DNA from: Betaproteobacteria bacterium
Lineage (GTDB): Bacteria; Pseudomonadota; Gammaproteobacteria; Burkholderiales; SG8-39
Assembly: GCA_947478805.1 (NCBI GenBank)
Contig: CANJXQ010000005.1
Span: 6,346 to 70,345 of the forward strand
Direction of reading: 5' to 3'
Length of the DNA stretch: 64,000 bases
Shown: positions 29,279 to 38,256 of the stretch, piece by piece
Layout: each line of letters begins with the position of its first letter
Position numbering within the stretch: position 1 is the first letter of the stretch
Program-made: the position numbers and the translations under genes
Notes under the pieces: model-generated
The model's input: only the letters and a program-made list of their open reading frames with translations
Database searches by the model: none
Told to the model about the DNA's origin: nothing

Positions 29279-30256
29279 TCAACGCTTTTTAGAGCGGTCA
29301 AAACCGGCGAGCCGGAACACCCGCCCGTCAATGGCGGCCAGGCCGACGCAGATCAGCGCCATGCCGGCAAACTGGCGCGGTTCGATGATTTCATCCAGCA
29401 CCAGCATGCCGAGCAGCAGCGCGCTGACGGGAATCAGGAATGTCACCAGCATCAGGTTGGTGGCGCCTGCCACGGCAAGGATCCGGAAGTACAGGTAGTA
29501 GGAGATGGCCGTGCAGAAAACCACCAGTCCCAGCATCGCGCCCCAGGTGATTGCGCCCGGCATGGCGAGGTTCCACGGGTGATCGATGACGAGGGCGAAT
29601 GGCGCCATGATGAAGGCGCAGCAAATCATCGGGCCCGTTGCGGCAACCATGGGCGGCAGCCCCGAGAGGCGGCGGCTGACAATGCTCGCGCAGGCATAGG
29701 ACAGCGCTGCAAATAGGATGGCCACCTGCGCGAGCACGTGCAGGCCGAGCCCGCGCAACGCATCGATGCCGACCATGACCGTGACGCCCGCAATGCCGAA
29801 GGCGATGCCGATGAGCTTGGGAACCGACATGCGCTCGTCGCGCGTTGCGTAGTGCGCCACCAGCACGGTAAATAGCGGCGAAGTGGCGTTGAGGATGGAG
29901 GCCAGGCCGCTGGCGATCTGCGTCTGGCCGTAGGAGATGAGGGTGAACGGAATCAGGCTGTTCATCGTGCCGATCAGGGCGAAATTCGCCCACACCGAAA
30001 GCCGGTGTTTCATGGACTGGCCGGACATCCGGACGATGAGATAAAGGAATACTCCCGCAAGCACCGAGCGCACCCACACCAGGGTGAAAGGCGGCAATTC
30101 GCGCAGCGCCACCTTGTTGAAGAAGAACGAGGATCCCCAGACAGCGGCGAGGGCGACCAGCAGCACCCATTCGAATACGCCCATGCGGTAGTGACCCGGG
30201 CTGACGGGTGGCGCGGTGGTCGTGCCCGATGATGTGCTGTCGGTGACTGACTTCAT
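29279..30256 (-). CDS. EamA/DMT family transporter (paralogue B)
   Basis: 325 aa. Its ATG overlaps the stop of paralogue C (ATGA at 30253-30256). Shares blocks with A, C, D and E. Confidence 0.85.
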   Translation of the reverse strand: MKSVTDSTSSGTTTAPPVSPGHYRMGVFEWVLLVALAAVWGSSFFFNKVALRELPPFTLVWVRSVLAGVFLYLIVRMSGQSMKHRLSVWANFALIGTMNSLIPFTLISYGQTQIASGLASILNATSPLFTVLVAHYATRDERMSVPKLIGIAFGIAGVTVMVGIDALRGLGLHVLAQVAILFAALSYACASIVSRRLSGLPPMVAATGPMICCAFIMAPFALVIDHPWNLAMPGAITWGAMLGLVVFCTAISYYLYFRILAVAGATNLMLVTFLIPVSALLLGMLVLDEIIEPRQFAGMALICVGLAAIDGRVFRLAGFDRSKKR

Positions 30257-31188
30257 GCGCCCGCCACGCGGGCGCGCAACCAGGTCAGCACGCGACCGTC
30301 AATGGCTGCCAGGCCCGCTGCAATCATGAGCATGCCGGCAAGGTGGCGCGGTTCGACGGTCTCACCGACAAACAAGACGCCAAGCAGGATCGCGCTCACC
30401 GGTGTCAGCAGGTTGACCAGGATGACATTGGTGGAGCCCACGCTGGCCAGCAGCCGGAAATACAACACATAGGAAATACCCGAACCGATGACGGCAAGAC
30501 CCGCAATCGACCACCAGGTCGCGGCACCCGGCATCGCAAGTTCCCAGGGGTGGTCGTGGATGAGCGCCAGGGGAATCATCAGGACCATCGACGTGGCTGC
30601 CTGCCCTGCCGCCGAGACCACCGGGGGGATGTCCTTCAGGCGTCGCCCGATGATCCCCGCGGTGGCCATGGCCGCCGCCGACACCAGCACTGCGAGTTGC
30701 GCCGTGACATGGTCGCCGATGCCGCGCAACGCATCGGGCCCCATGATGACGGCGACGCCAGCCACGCCCGCGAGCACGCCCGCGACTTTGCGACGGGTCA
30801 TTTTTTCGTCATGCGTGAACACATGCGCGAGAACGACGACGAACAGCGGCGCGGAAGCCGCAAGAATGGCGGCGAGTCCGGCGGAGATGTATGTCTGGCC
30901 GTAAGTGGTGAAGTTGAAGGTCACGAAATTGTTGACCAGCCCCATCATGGCGATGCCACGCCATGTGCGCCAGGACTGGCGCATCGAATGGCCGAAGGCA
31001 TGCACCATGAGGACGAGAAAGGCAGTGGCGAGGATGAGGCGCACGCATACCAGCGAGAAGTGGGGCAATTCGCGCAGCGCGATCTTGTTGAAAAGGAAGG
31101 ACGAGCCCCACAGCGTGCCAAGCAGGATCATGATCGACCACTCCAGGGCGCTCATGTGCGATGCGCGGGGGGCATGCAGGCGCGTCAT
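30253..31188 (-). CDS. EamA/DMT family transporter (paralogue C)
   Basis: 311 aa. Starts 6 nt after the stop of paralogue D. Confidence 0.85.
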   Translation of the reverse strand: MTRLHAPRASHMSALEWSIMILLGTLWGSSFLFNKIALRELPHFSLVCVRLILATAFLVLMVHAFGHSMRQSWRTWRGIAMMGLVNNFVTFNFTTYGQTYISAGLAAILAASAPLFVVVLAHVFTHDEKMTRRKVAGVLAGVAGVAVIMGPDALRGIGDHVTAQLAVLVSAAAMATAGIIGRRLKDIPPVVSAAGQAATSMVLMIPLALIHDHPWELAMPGAATWWSIAGLAVIGSGISYVLYFRLLASVGSTNVILVNLLTPVSAILLGVLFVGETVEPRHLAGMLMIAAGLAAIDGRVLTWLRARVAGA

Positions 31189-31194
31189 CGTGGC

Positions 31195-32145
31195 TTATCC
31201 GGCTCTCGCACCGGGCAGTCGTGAGCCAATCCACGCAATGATCCGTCCGTCGATGGCGGCAAGGCCGGCGGCGATCAGCGCCATGCCGGCGACCTGGCGC
31301 GGCTCGATGATTTCAGCGAGGAAGAAGGCACCCAGCAGCAGTGCCGTGACCGGGTTGAGGAAAGTCACCAGCAGCAGGTTGGTGGCGCCGGAGGTCGCCA
31401 GCAGGCGGTAGTAGATGGTGTATCCCAGCGCCGTGCCACCGAGTGCGATGCCTCCCACAGCGAGCCAGGTCACGACGCCTGGCATTGGCAGTTGCCACGG
31501 GTGGTCGGTGAATAGCGCGAGGGGGAGGAGGAACAGCGTTGTCCAGGCAGCCTGTCCGGTAGCCGACAGCAGCGGCGGCACTGCCTTGAGGCTGCGTCCG
31601 AACACGCCGGCCATGGCCATGGACATGGCCGCCAGCACCAGCGCCAGTTCGCCCAGCAGTGCCGGGCTGATGCCGCGCAGCGCGCTGGGGCCGATGATCA
31701 CGGCGACACCCGCGATGCCAGTCAGAACACCCGTGATCTTGAGCGCGCTCAAACGCTCGTCGCGCAGGAAGAAGTGGGCGAAGATTACCGTGAACATGGG
31801 CGCGGAAGCGTTGAGTACTGCGGCAAGCCCGCTGGTGATTTGCGTCTGGCCCCAAGCGTTCAGGGAATGCGGCACCAGGCTGTTCAAGAGGCCCATGATG
31901 GCGAAGCTGCGCCACACCCGCCACGGTTGCGCCAGCGAGTGCCCGAGCGCCATGGCCACTGCGGCCAGCGCGGCGGTGGTGATGATCATGCGCAGGCACA
32001 CCAGGGTGAACGGCGGCAATTCGCGCAGGGCAAGCTGGATGAGGTTGAATGAGCCTCCCCACAGGAAACTGAGCAGGATCAACAGGCCCCATTCCACCGG
32101 GCCCATGGCAAAGCCGCCTGTTCGTGAGGTGGTGGGCATGCTCAT
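31195..32145 (-). CDS. EamA/DMT family transporter (paralogue D)
   Basis: 316 aa. Its ATG overlaps the stop of paralogue E (32142-32145). Confidence 0.85.
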   Translation of the reverse strand: MSMPTTSRTGGFAMGPVEWGLLILLSFLWGGSFNLIQLALRELPPFTLVCLRMIITTAALAAVAMALGHSLAQPWRVWRSFAIMGLLNSLVPHSLNAWGQTQITSGLAAVLNASAPMFTVIFAHFFLRDERLSALKITGVLTGIAGVAVIIGPSALRGISPALLGELALVLAAMSMAMAGVFGRSLKAVPPLLSATGQAAWTTLFLLPLALFTDHPWQLPMPGVVTWLAVGGIALGGTALGYTIYYRLLATSGATNLLLVTFLNPVTALLLGAFFLAEIIEPRQVAGMALIAAGLAAIDGRIIAWIGSRLPGARAG

Positions 32146-33158
32146 CGTGCTGCGGGCCCGCTGCGCCAGGCACGCGAACGCAACCAGGCCAGCGGCCTGC
32201 CGTCGATGACGGCCAGGCCGGTGCCGATCAGCAGCATGCCGGCGACCTGGCGCGTGTCGATGATTTCATCGAGGAATGCCGCGCCCATCAACAGTGCGCT
32301 CACCGGAATGGTCAGTGTGACCAGCGAGAGATTGGTCGCCCCCGCATTGGCGAGCAGGCGAAAGTAGATCAGGTACGCGAACACGGTGCCAAGGATGGCC
32401 AGGGAGATCACCATGATCCACGTGGTCTGCCCGGGGAGTGCGCGCGTCCACGGCTGCTCGAAGGCGATGGCCAGCGGCAGTGAAAAGACTGCAGCGCAAA
32501 TGCACTGGCCGGTCGCGGATACCGCAGTCGGCACGGCGTGCAGCCGGCGCCCAAAAATGCCGGCCAACGCGAGCGTCACGGCGGTCCCTAGCAGGGAACA
32601 TTGGGCCAGCACGTCCAGGCGCGCGCCGCGCAAGGCATCGAATCCCATGATGACGGCCACGCCCGCGATGCCCAGCAGCACGCCTGTGATCTTGCGCCAA
32701 GTCATTTGCTCGTCGCGAGTGAGGAAATGCGCGAAGATCACCCCGAACAAGGGCGTGCTGGCGGTGATGATGGAGGCGAGGCCGCTGGGGAGCTGCACCT
32801 GGCCCCAGGCGGTAAACGTGTAGGGCATGAGCACGTTGAGCAGTCCCATGCCGGCAAACCCTTTCCACGCCGAGCGCGGCTGGCGGATCGTCGCGCCAGT
32901 GGCCTTGAGGTACGCGAGCAGCAGCAGCGAAGTCAGCGTGAGGCGCAGGAAGATCAGCGTGAATGGCGGCAGCTCGCGCAGCGCGACCTTGTTCAGCACG
33001 AATGACGTGCCCCACAAGACCCCCAGCGTGAACAGCAGAGTCCATTCAAGAAGCCCCATGGTGAGTCGGGGCAGGGCGGTGGTGCGTTGCATGGCGGGAA
33101 GCTCGGCATTGTGAGGCTTGCCCGGCAGCCAGTCCATCGGGATTTCAGAAGTTCCCAC
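32142..33158 (-). CDS. EamA/DMT family transporter (paralogue E)
   Basis: 338 aa as tracked. The true start may be the internal Met at 33092 (MQRTTALPRL...). First gene of the string. Confidence 0.8.
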   Translation of the reverse strand: MGTSEIPMDWLPGKPHNAELPAMQRTTALPRLTMGLLEWTLLFTLGVLWGTSFVLNKVALRELPPFTLIFLRLTLTSLLLLAYLKATGATIRQPRSAWKGFAGMGLLNVLMPYTFTAWGQVQLPSGLASIITASTPLFGVIFAHFLTRDEQMTWRKITGVLLGIAGVAVIMGFDALRGARLDVLAQCSLLGTAVTLALAGIFGRRLHAVPTAVSATGQCICAAVFSLPLAIAFEQPWTRALPGQTTWIMVISLAILGTVFAYLIYFRLLANAGATNLSLVTLTIPVSALLMGAAFLDEIIDTRQVAGMLLIGTGLAVIDGRPLAWLRSRAWRSGPAAR

Positions 33159-33232
33159 CTGTTTCGGCAGTTGCGGGCATTCTGTTACTGTTGGTGCCCC
33201 CGCCGATATCCACTCATTGTGAAACGCGATAG

Positions 33233-34405
33233 TTGAAACTCATACTCGTCGTTCTTCTCGCCGCGTTGACCAGCACTAGCGTATTTGGCAGCCGGGTCAT
33301 CGTGTCGCTCACGGCGATTCACCTGGGGGCGAGCCCTGCAGTGGTGGGTGGCATCATGTCACTCTACTTCCTGCCGCCGATCGTGCTCAGCATGTTCATG
33401 GGGCGCCTCGTCGACCGCACCGGAGTGGCATTGCCAATGGCGCTGGTGGCCAGTCTGCTCATCGCAGGGCACGTATTGCCCGCGGCCGCCCCGTCGTTGT
33501 GGACGCTGGCGATATCCGCTGCGTGTACGGGCACAGCGTTCGTCGGTGCGATGATCGCGCTGAGCAGTGCGGCCGCTTTTGCCGGTCCGCCCGAGGAGCG
33601 GGCGGTCAATTTCAGCTGGTTTACGCTGGGCACGGGTTTCGGCGTGGGACTCGGGCCGTTCCTCTCGGGGTTCGCGATCGACGACATGGGAGACCGTGCG
33701 GCGTCATTGGCGCTATGTGTGTGGCCCGCGGTAATACTTGCCATTCTGGCGGTGGCAAGGCGCAGGTTGCCCGTGGTCACCGCAGTCTCGACAGTTGGCA
33801 CTAGCTCTGCTGCGACAGGTGTGCAAGCACTGCCGTGGACCGAGTTGCTCCGCGACAAGCACCTGCGCGCGGCATTGGTGGCCAGTGTCATGGGCCCGGC
33901 CGGCTACGAGGTGTTCCTGTTCGTGATGCCGGTGCTGGGGTCGCGCATCGGCCTGTCGGCATCGACCATCGGCACCATTCTTGCGGCCAGTGCCGCGGCC
34001 ATCTTCGTGGTGCGCCTGGTCATGCCGATGCTGGTGCGGTGGATGCGCGATTGGACCATGATGGTGGTGGTGTTCATCGCCCTGTCGCTGTCCTTCCTGT
34101 TGCTGTCGATGCTCACGCAGACCTGGGTCTTGTTCCTGATCTCAATTGTCATGGGTGTCGCCCAGGGCATGGGGCAACCCGTGATCATGTCGATGTTCTT
34201 TGCGGCTTCGCCAGAAGGCCGCAAGGGGGAGGCGGCCGGCGTGCGGGGCATCCTGCAAAACACGTTCAGTGCTGCGTCACCGGTGCTGATGGGCGGGCTG
34301 GGCACGATCCTGGGACTGGGGCCTGTGCTCGTCGCTGCAGCGGTCATCTATGCCTGGGGAAGCTGGTATGCCCGGCGGCAATCGGTGGGGTGGACCCTGA
34401 CTTAG
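33233..34405 (+). CDS. MFS transporter
   Basis: 390 aa, TTG start, about 12 hydrophobic segments. Has an MFS loop motif, GRLVDRTG. Divergent from the EamA string. Confidence 0.8.
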   Translation: MKLILVVLLAALTSTSVFGSRVIVSLTAIHLGASPAVVGGIMSLYFLPPIVLSMFMGRLVDRTGVALPMALVASLLIAGHVLPAAAPSLWTLAISAACTGTAFVGAMIALSSAAAFAGPPEERAVNFSWFTLGTGFGVGLGPFLSGFAIDDMGDRAASLALCVWPAVILAILAVARRRLPVVTAVSTVGTSSAATGVQALPWTELLRDKHLRAALVASVMGPAGYEVFLFVMPVLGSRIGLSASTIGTILAASAAAIFVVRLVMPMLVRWMRDWTMMVVVFIALSLSFLLLSMLTQTWVLFLISIVMGVAQGMGQPVIMSMFFAASPEGRKGEAAGVRGILQNTFSAASPVLMGGLGTILGLGPVLVAAAVIYAWGSWYARRQSVGWTLT

Positions 34406-34444
34406 CGGTTTGTTTAAAGAAGGGGCACAGCCCCCCTTGATCCC

Positions 34445-35200
34445 CTAGCTGTTTGCGCTTCCGCAGGCAGGGCAGGCGGGGTCCCGCGTAAGGCGCACTG
34501 TGCGCCAATCGGCGCCAAGCGCATCGAACATGACCAGTCGTCCCGACAGCGTTTCACCGATGCCGATGAGCAACTTGAGCGCTTCGGCGGCTTGCACGGT
34601 GCCCACCATGCCCGTGAGCGGCGCGAACACGCCCATGACGGCGCAGCGGGTTTCCTCCAACTCTGCATTCTCGGGAAACAGGCAGGCATAACAGGGGCTG
34701 TCGTCGCGGCGAAGGTCGAAGACGGCGATTTGTGCATCGAAACGAATCGCCGCGCCGGATACCAGCGCCTTGCGATGCCGGACACAGGCGCGATTCACGG
34801 CATGTCGTGTGGCGAAATTGTCGGAGCAGTCGAGGACCACATCGGCCGCCGCGACTTCCCGCTCGAGGGCTTCACCTTCAAGGCGCATGCGCAGTGGGAC
34901 GACGTGCGTCTCCGGGTTCAGTCGCGCCAAGGTGTCGCGACCGGATTCAACCTTGGGTCGACCCACGGCGTCTGTGCCGTGCATGACCTGGCGCTGCAGG
35001 TTGGTCAGGTCGACCGTATCGCCATCGGCCAGCGCGATCGTGCCCACGCCGGCCGCTGCAAGATACATTGCTGCTGGTGAGCCGAGACCACCGGCGCCGA
35101 TGATCAGCGCGCGCGAATCAAGCAGCTTTTGCTGCCCCTCAACACCGATCTCGGTGAGCAGGATGTGGCGCGAGTAGCGCAGCAATTGCCCGTCGTTCAT
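34445..35200 (-). CDS. moeB: molybdopterin-synthase adenylyltransferase MoeB (HesA/MoeB/ThiF family)
   Basis: 251 aa with LRYSRHILL, GAGGLGSP and DxDxVxxxNLQRQ motifs, plus a C-terminal CPACG zinc motif. Confidence 0.7.
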   Translation of the reverse strand: MNDGQLLRYSRHILLTEIGVEGQQKLLDSRALIIGAGGLGSPAAMYLAAAGVGTIALADGDTVDLTNLQRQVMHGTDAVGRPKVESGRDTLARLNPETHVVPLRMRLEGEALEREVAAADVVLDCSDNFATRHAVNRACVRHRKALVSGAAIRFDAQIAVFDLRRDDSPCYACLFPENAELEETRCAVMGVFAPLTGMVGTVQAAEALKLLIGIGETLSGRLVMFDALGADWRTVRLTRDPACPACGSANS

Positions 35201-35379
35201 CGAATCACTCGCAAGAGCGGTTCAGCAGTTTTGGAGTTTACTTGCGGCGCGGGCATTGCTCGTGACTCTCCACGCGAGTGGCAACTTTGAACAATTTCCC
35301 GCCGATTGGGCCGCGCGAAAGCGCCGGCTCGCATCGGCGCAGATCAAGCGGCGCGCCTCGGGCAGCGCGTCCGCATTGA

Positions 35380-36822
35380 TCAGTTCTTGGGTGGCGCTTC
35401 GACCGGTGCCTGCGCGCTCTGCTGTTGCGGCGTGAGCTTCACCGGCAGGCCCTTGAGGCGATTGATCGCCTGCTGGAAAACGAAGTCCTTCTCGGAGGCA
35501 AACTCCATCGGCGTGAACGGTTTAGCGTCTTCGTCCGCCGGTTTTGCAGCCGGCTTGGCAGGCGCCGGGGCGGCCTTGGTGGCGATTTCTCCCGCCTTGC
35601 TTTCCGGATTGGCAAGATGCTTGTCCAGGTCCGCTTCGCGCAAGCCGATGGTTGGGCTTGCCGGATCCTCGATGATGAGATCCGGCACGATGCCCTTGGC
35701 CTGGATCGAGCGACCGCTGGGCGTGTAGTAGCGCGCGGTCGTGAGCTTGATCGCGGTGTTGTTTCCCAGCGGCATGATGGTCTGCACGGAGCCCTTGCCG
35801 AAGGTCTGTGTGCCGATCACCGTGGCGCGTTTGTGGTCCTGCAGGGCGCCTGCAACGATTTCCGAGGCGGAAGCCGAACCGCCATTGACCAGCACGACCA
35901 TGGGCACGCTCTTTACGGCCGCAGGCAGGTTTTTCAGGTAGTCCTCGCCGCGGCCACGCAGGTAATCCTCTGGCGTAGCGAGGAACTTGCGTCGTGCGTC
36001 GTCAGTGCGTCCGTCTGTCGACACCACGAGCGTCTTGGCGGGGAGAAACGCCGCGGAGATGCCGACGGCCCCGTTCAGCAGTCCACCCGGGTCATTGCGC
36101 AGGTCCAGCACCAGGCCCTTGAGCGGACCCTGCTTGTAGAGGTTGTTGAGGTGTCGCACCATCGTCTCGCCGGTGTGTTCCTGGAACTGCGATACGCGCA
36201 CCCAACCGTAGCCCGGCTCCACCAGTTTCGATTTCACGCTTTGCACCTGGATGATGTCGCGCACCAGGGTGATTTCCAATGGCTTGGGCTCGCCTTTTCT
36301 CACGATGGTGAGCTTGATCGAGGTCTTGGGCTTGCCGCGCATGCGCTTGACCGCGTCGTTGAGCGTCATGCCCTTGACCGGTGTCTCGTCGAGCTTGACG
36401 ATCAGATCGTTGGGCTTCAGGCCGGCGCGAAACGCCGGCGAGTCCTCGATCGGCGACACCACCTTGACGAAGCCGTCTTCCATGCCGACTTCGATTCCCA
36501 GGCCGCCGAACTCGCCCTGGGTTCCGACTTGAAGTTCCTTGAACGCTTCCTGGTCGAGATATGCCGAATGCGGATCGAGGTCAGTCAACATGCCGTTGAT
36601 GGCGCCAGTGATGAGCTTCTTGTCTTCGACGGGTTCGACGTAGCCGGACTTGATGGCGCCAAACACTTCGGCGAACGAACGCAAGTCTTCGATCGGCAGC
36701 GGGAGGCGCGATACGTCTCGCTGCGCGACCGCCGAGAAATTCAGCGATAGCGCCACACCGGCGACAACGCCGATGAGGACGAGCACGATCTGTTTCACTT
36801 TGGTACCCATGGTGGTACGCAT
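35380..36822 (-). CDS. ctpA: S41 family carboxy-terminal processing peptidase
   Basis: 480 aa. N-terminal TM segment, a PDZ-like segment, and the S41 blocks GGSASASEI and TFGKGSVQ. Confidence 0.85.
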   Translation of the reverse strand: MRTTMGTKVKQIVLVLIGVVAGVALSLNFSAVAQRDVSRLPLPIEDLRSFAEVFGAIKSGYVEPVEDKKLITGAINGMLTDLDPHSAYLDQEAFKELQVGTQGEFGGLGIEVGMEDGFVKVVSPIEDSPAFRAGLKPNDLIVKLDETPVKGMTLNDAVKRMRGKPKTSIKLTIVRKGEPKPLEITLVRDIIQVQSVKSKLVEPGYGWVRVSQFQEHTGETMVRHLNNLYKQGPLKGLVLDLRNDPGGLLNGAVGISAAFLPAKTLVVSTDGRTDDARRKFLATPEDYLRGRGEDYLKNLPAAVKSVPMVVLVNGGSASASEIVAGALQDHKRATVIGTQTFGKGSVQTIMPLGNNTAIKLTTARYYTPSGRSIQAKGIVPDLIIEDPASPTIGLREADLDKHLANPESKAGEIATKAAPAPAKPAAKPADEDAKPFTPMEFASEKDFVFQQAINRLKGLPVKLTPQQQSAQAPVEAPPKN

Positions 36823-36936
36823 TGCCTCATCTCCAGTGCCGGTCGCCCAGCGTGTTTGTGCTGCAAATCCGCCGCGAGGGGCTGGCCGCGGTGTCGCCCT
36901 TCATTCAGTCCTGTCGTATCTTGTGCCGATGCAGAC

Positions 36937-38256
36937 TTATTTCAACGTCACCCATTTCATCGGATCGAATGGTTGTCCTTCGTGACGGGCTTCAAAGTAT
37001 AAACCTGATTCCGTGCTCCCACCGCTGGCGCCGGTCGTGGCGACCGCATCGCCGGAGCGCACCTGGTCGCCAACCTGCTTCAGAACCGCTTCATTGTTCC
37101 CGTAGATGGTCAGATAACCCTCCCCGTGGTCGAGAATCAGGAGGTTGCCGAAGCCGCGCATCCACTCCGCGAACACCACTCGGCCGGGGGCGACAGCCCG
37201 TACTTCCTGGCCAGAGGCGGCGCGTATGAACAGGCCTTTCCAGGACGGTCCGCCATCGGGCCGAGCGCGACCGAAACGGCCCGTCAGTTCCCCACGGACG
37301 GGCAAGCGCAGACTGCCCTTGAGTGCGGCAAAAGACCGCGATATGCCCTGTTCGGGCCCCTGGGATGGGGGTACGGCGTCGTTACGCGGGTTGCGCGGCA
37401 TGCCCCTGGGATTAGTGCGGGATTTCTGAGCCTCTTCGGCAATGACCTTGCCGATTTCCTCGATCAGTCGGGTCAGGCGGGATTCGTCTCGTTCGAGGCC
37501 GCGTACCTGGCGGCGTTGCTCGCGAAGGCGCGCAGACACCTTGTCGAGCACGCCGCGGCGCGCAGTGTGTTCACGAGCCAGGCGATTGCGCTCCGTTTTC
37601 TGGCTCGCCTCGATGCGTCGCAGGTCGGCGTTCTTTTCCCGGGTCTCTTCCTGCAGTTCCTTGATTCGGTCAAGGGAGCCGCGAAGTGTCCGCACGAGAT
37701 CTGCCTGCGCCTTCGTAATGAAGCCGTAGTAATGCAACTCGCGCGAGGTCTGGTTGGGGTCTGCGCCAGACAGCAGCAATTTGAGGTAGTCGGCCTCCCC
37801 GTTCAGGTACCGCACTGACAGGAGCTTGCCGATCGTTTCCTGTCGGCGGGCCAATTCCGCCTCGATGCGACGCGTTTCGCCGTTCAATTGTGCGAGTTCC
37901 GCCTGGGCCGCCTGTCGTTCCAGCGCGAGGTTGTGCAACTGGCGATTGGCTTCCGAGATGGCTTGTTCGGACTCACGCAGAGCGTCGCGCGCCTCGGTGC
38001 GGGTTTCTTCGTTGTCCGCAATTGCTGTCTTGAGGCGCTCGATACGGTTGCGCAACTGACGCAGGTCTTCCGGGTCAGCGGGCGGTTTCGGCTGGGCTGC
38101 GCGGCCTGATGCCGGGAAGGCAAGGAAGATCGTTGTGGCAAGGCAAACCAATACTGCTCGCGCGAAGAAAAACTCCCGCAAAGGACTCGCGCAGGTGAGC
38201 CAGCCGCGAGAATGCCGCCTCGCTGTCGCGACGGAATCACCGTCGCGAGGCATCAT
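36937..38256 (-). CDS. envC: murein hydrolase activator EnvC-like (coiled coil + M23/LytM domain)
   Basis: 439 aa. Long heptad-rich Q/E/R region followed by the M23 block LILDHGEGYLTIYGNN. Its ATG overlaps the gpmA stop by 1 nt. Confidence 0.75.
   Translation of the reverse strand: MMPRDGDSVATARRHSRGWLTCASPLREFFFARAVLVCLATTIFLAFPASGRAAQPKPPADPEDLRQLRNRIERLKTAIADNEETRTEARDALRESEQAISEANRQLHNLALERQAAQAELAQLNGETRRIEAELARRQETIGKLLSVRYLNGEADYLKLLLSGADPNQTSRELHYYGFITKAQADLVRTLRGSLDRIKELQEETREKNADLRRIEASQKTERNRLAREHTARRGVLDKVSARLREQRRQVRGLERDESRLTRLIEEIGKVIAEEAQKSRTNPRGMPRNPRNDAVPPSQGPEQGISRSFAALKGSLRLPVRGELTGRFGRARPDGGPSWKGLFIRAASGQEVRAVAPGRVVFAEWMRGFGNLLILDHGEGYLTIYGNNEAVLKQVGDQVRSGDAVATTGASGGSTESGLYFEARHEGQPFDPMKWVTLK

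Noticed and set aside
1-34405. Left half considered as a mobile genomic island
   Set aside because: I found no integrase, transposase, flanking tRNA, direct-repeat boundary or conjugation genes. GC and codon style look like the core half, and housekeeping rdgC sits in the middle.
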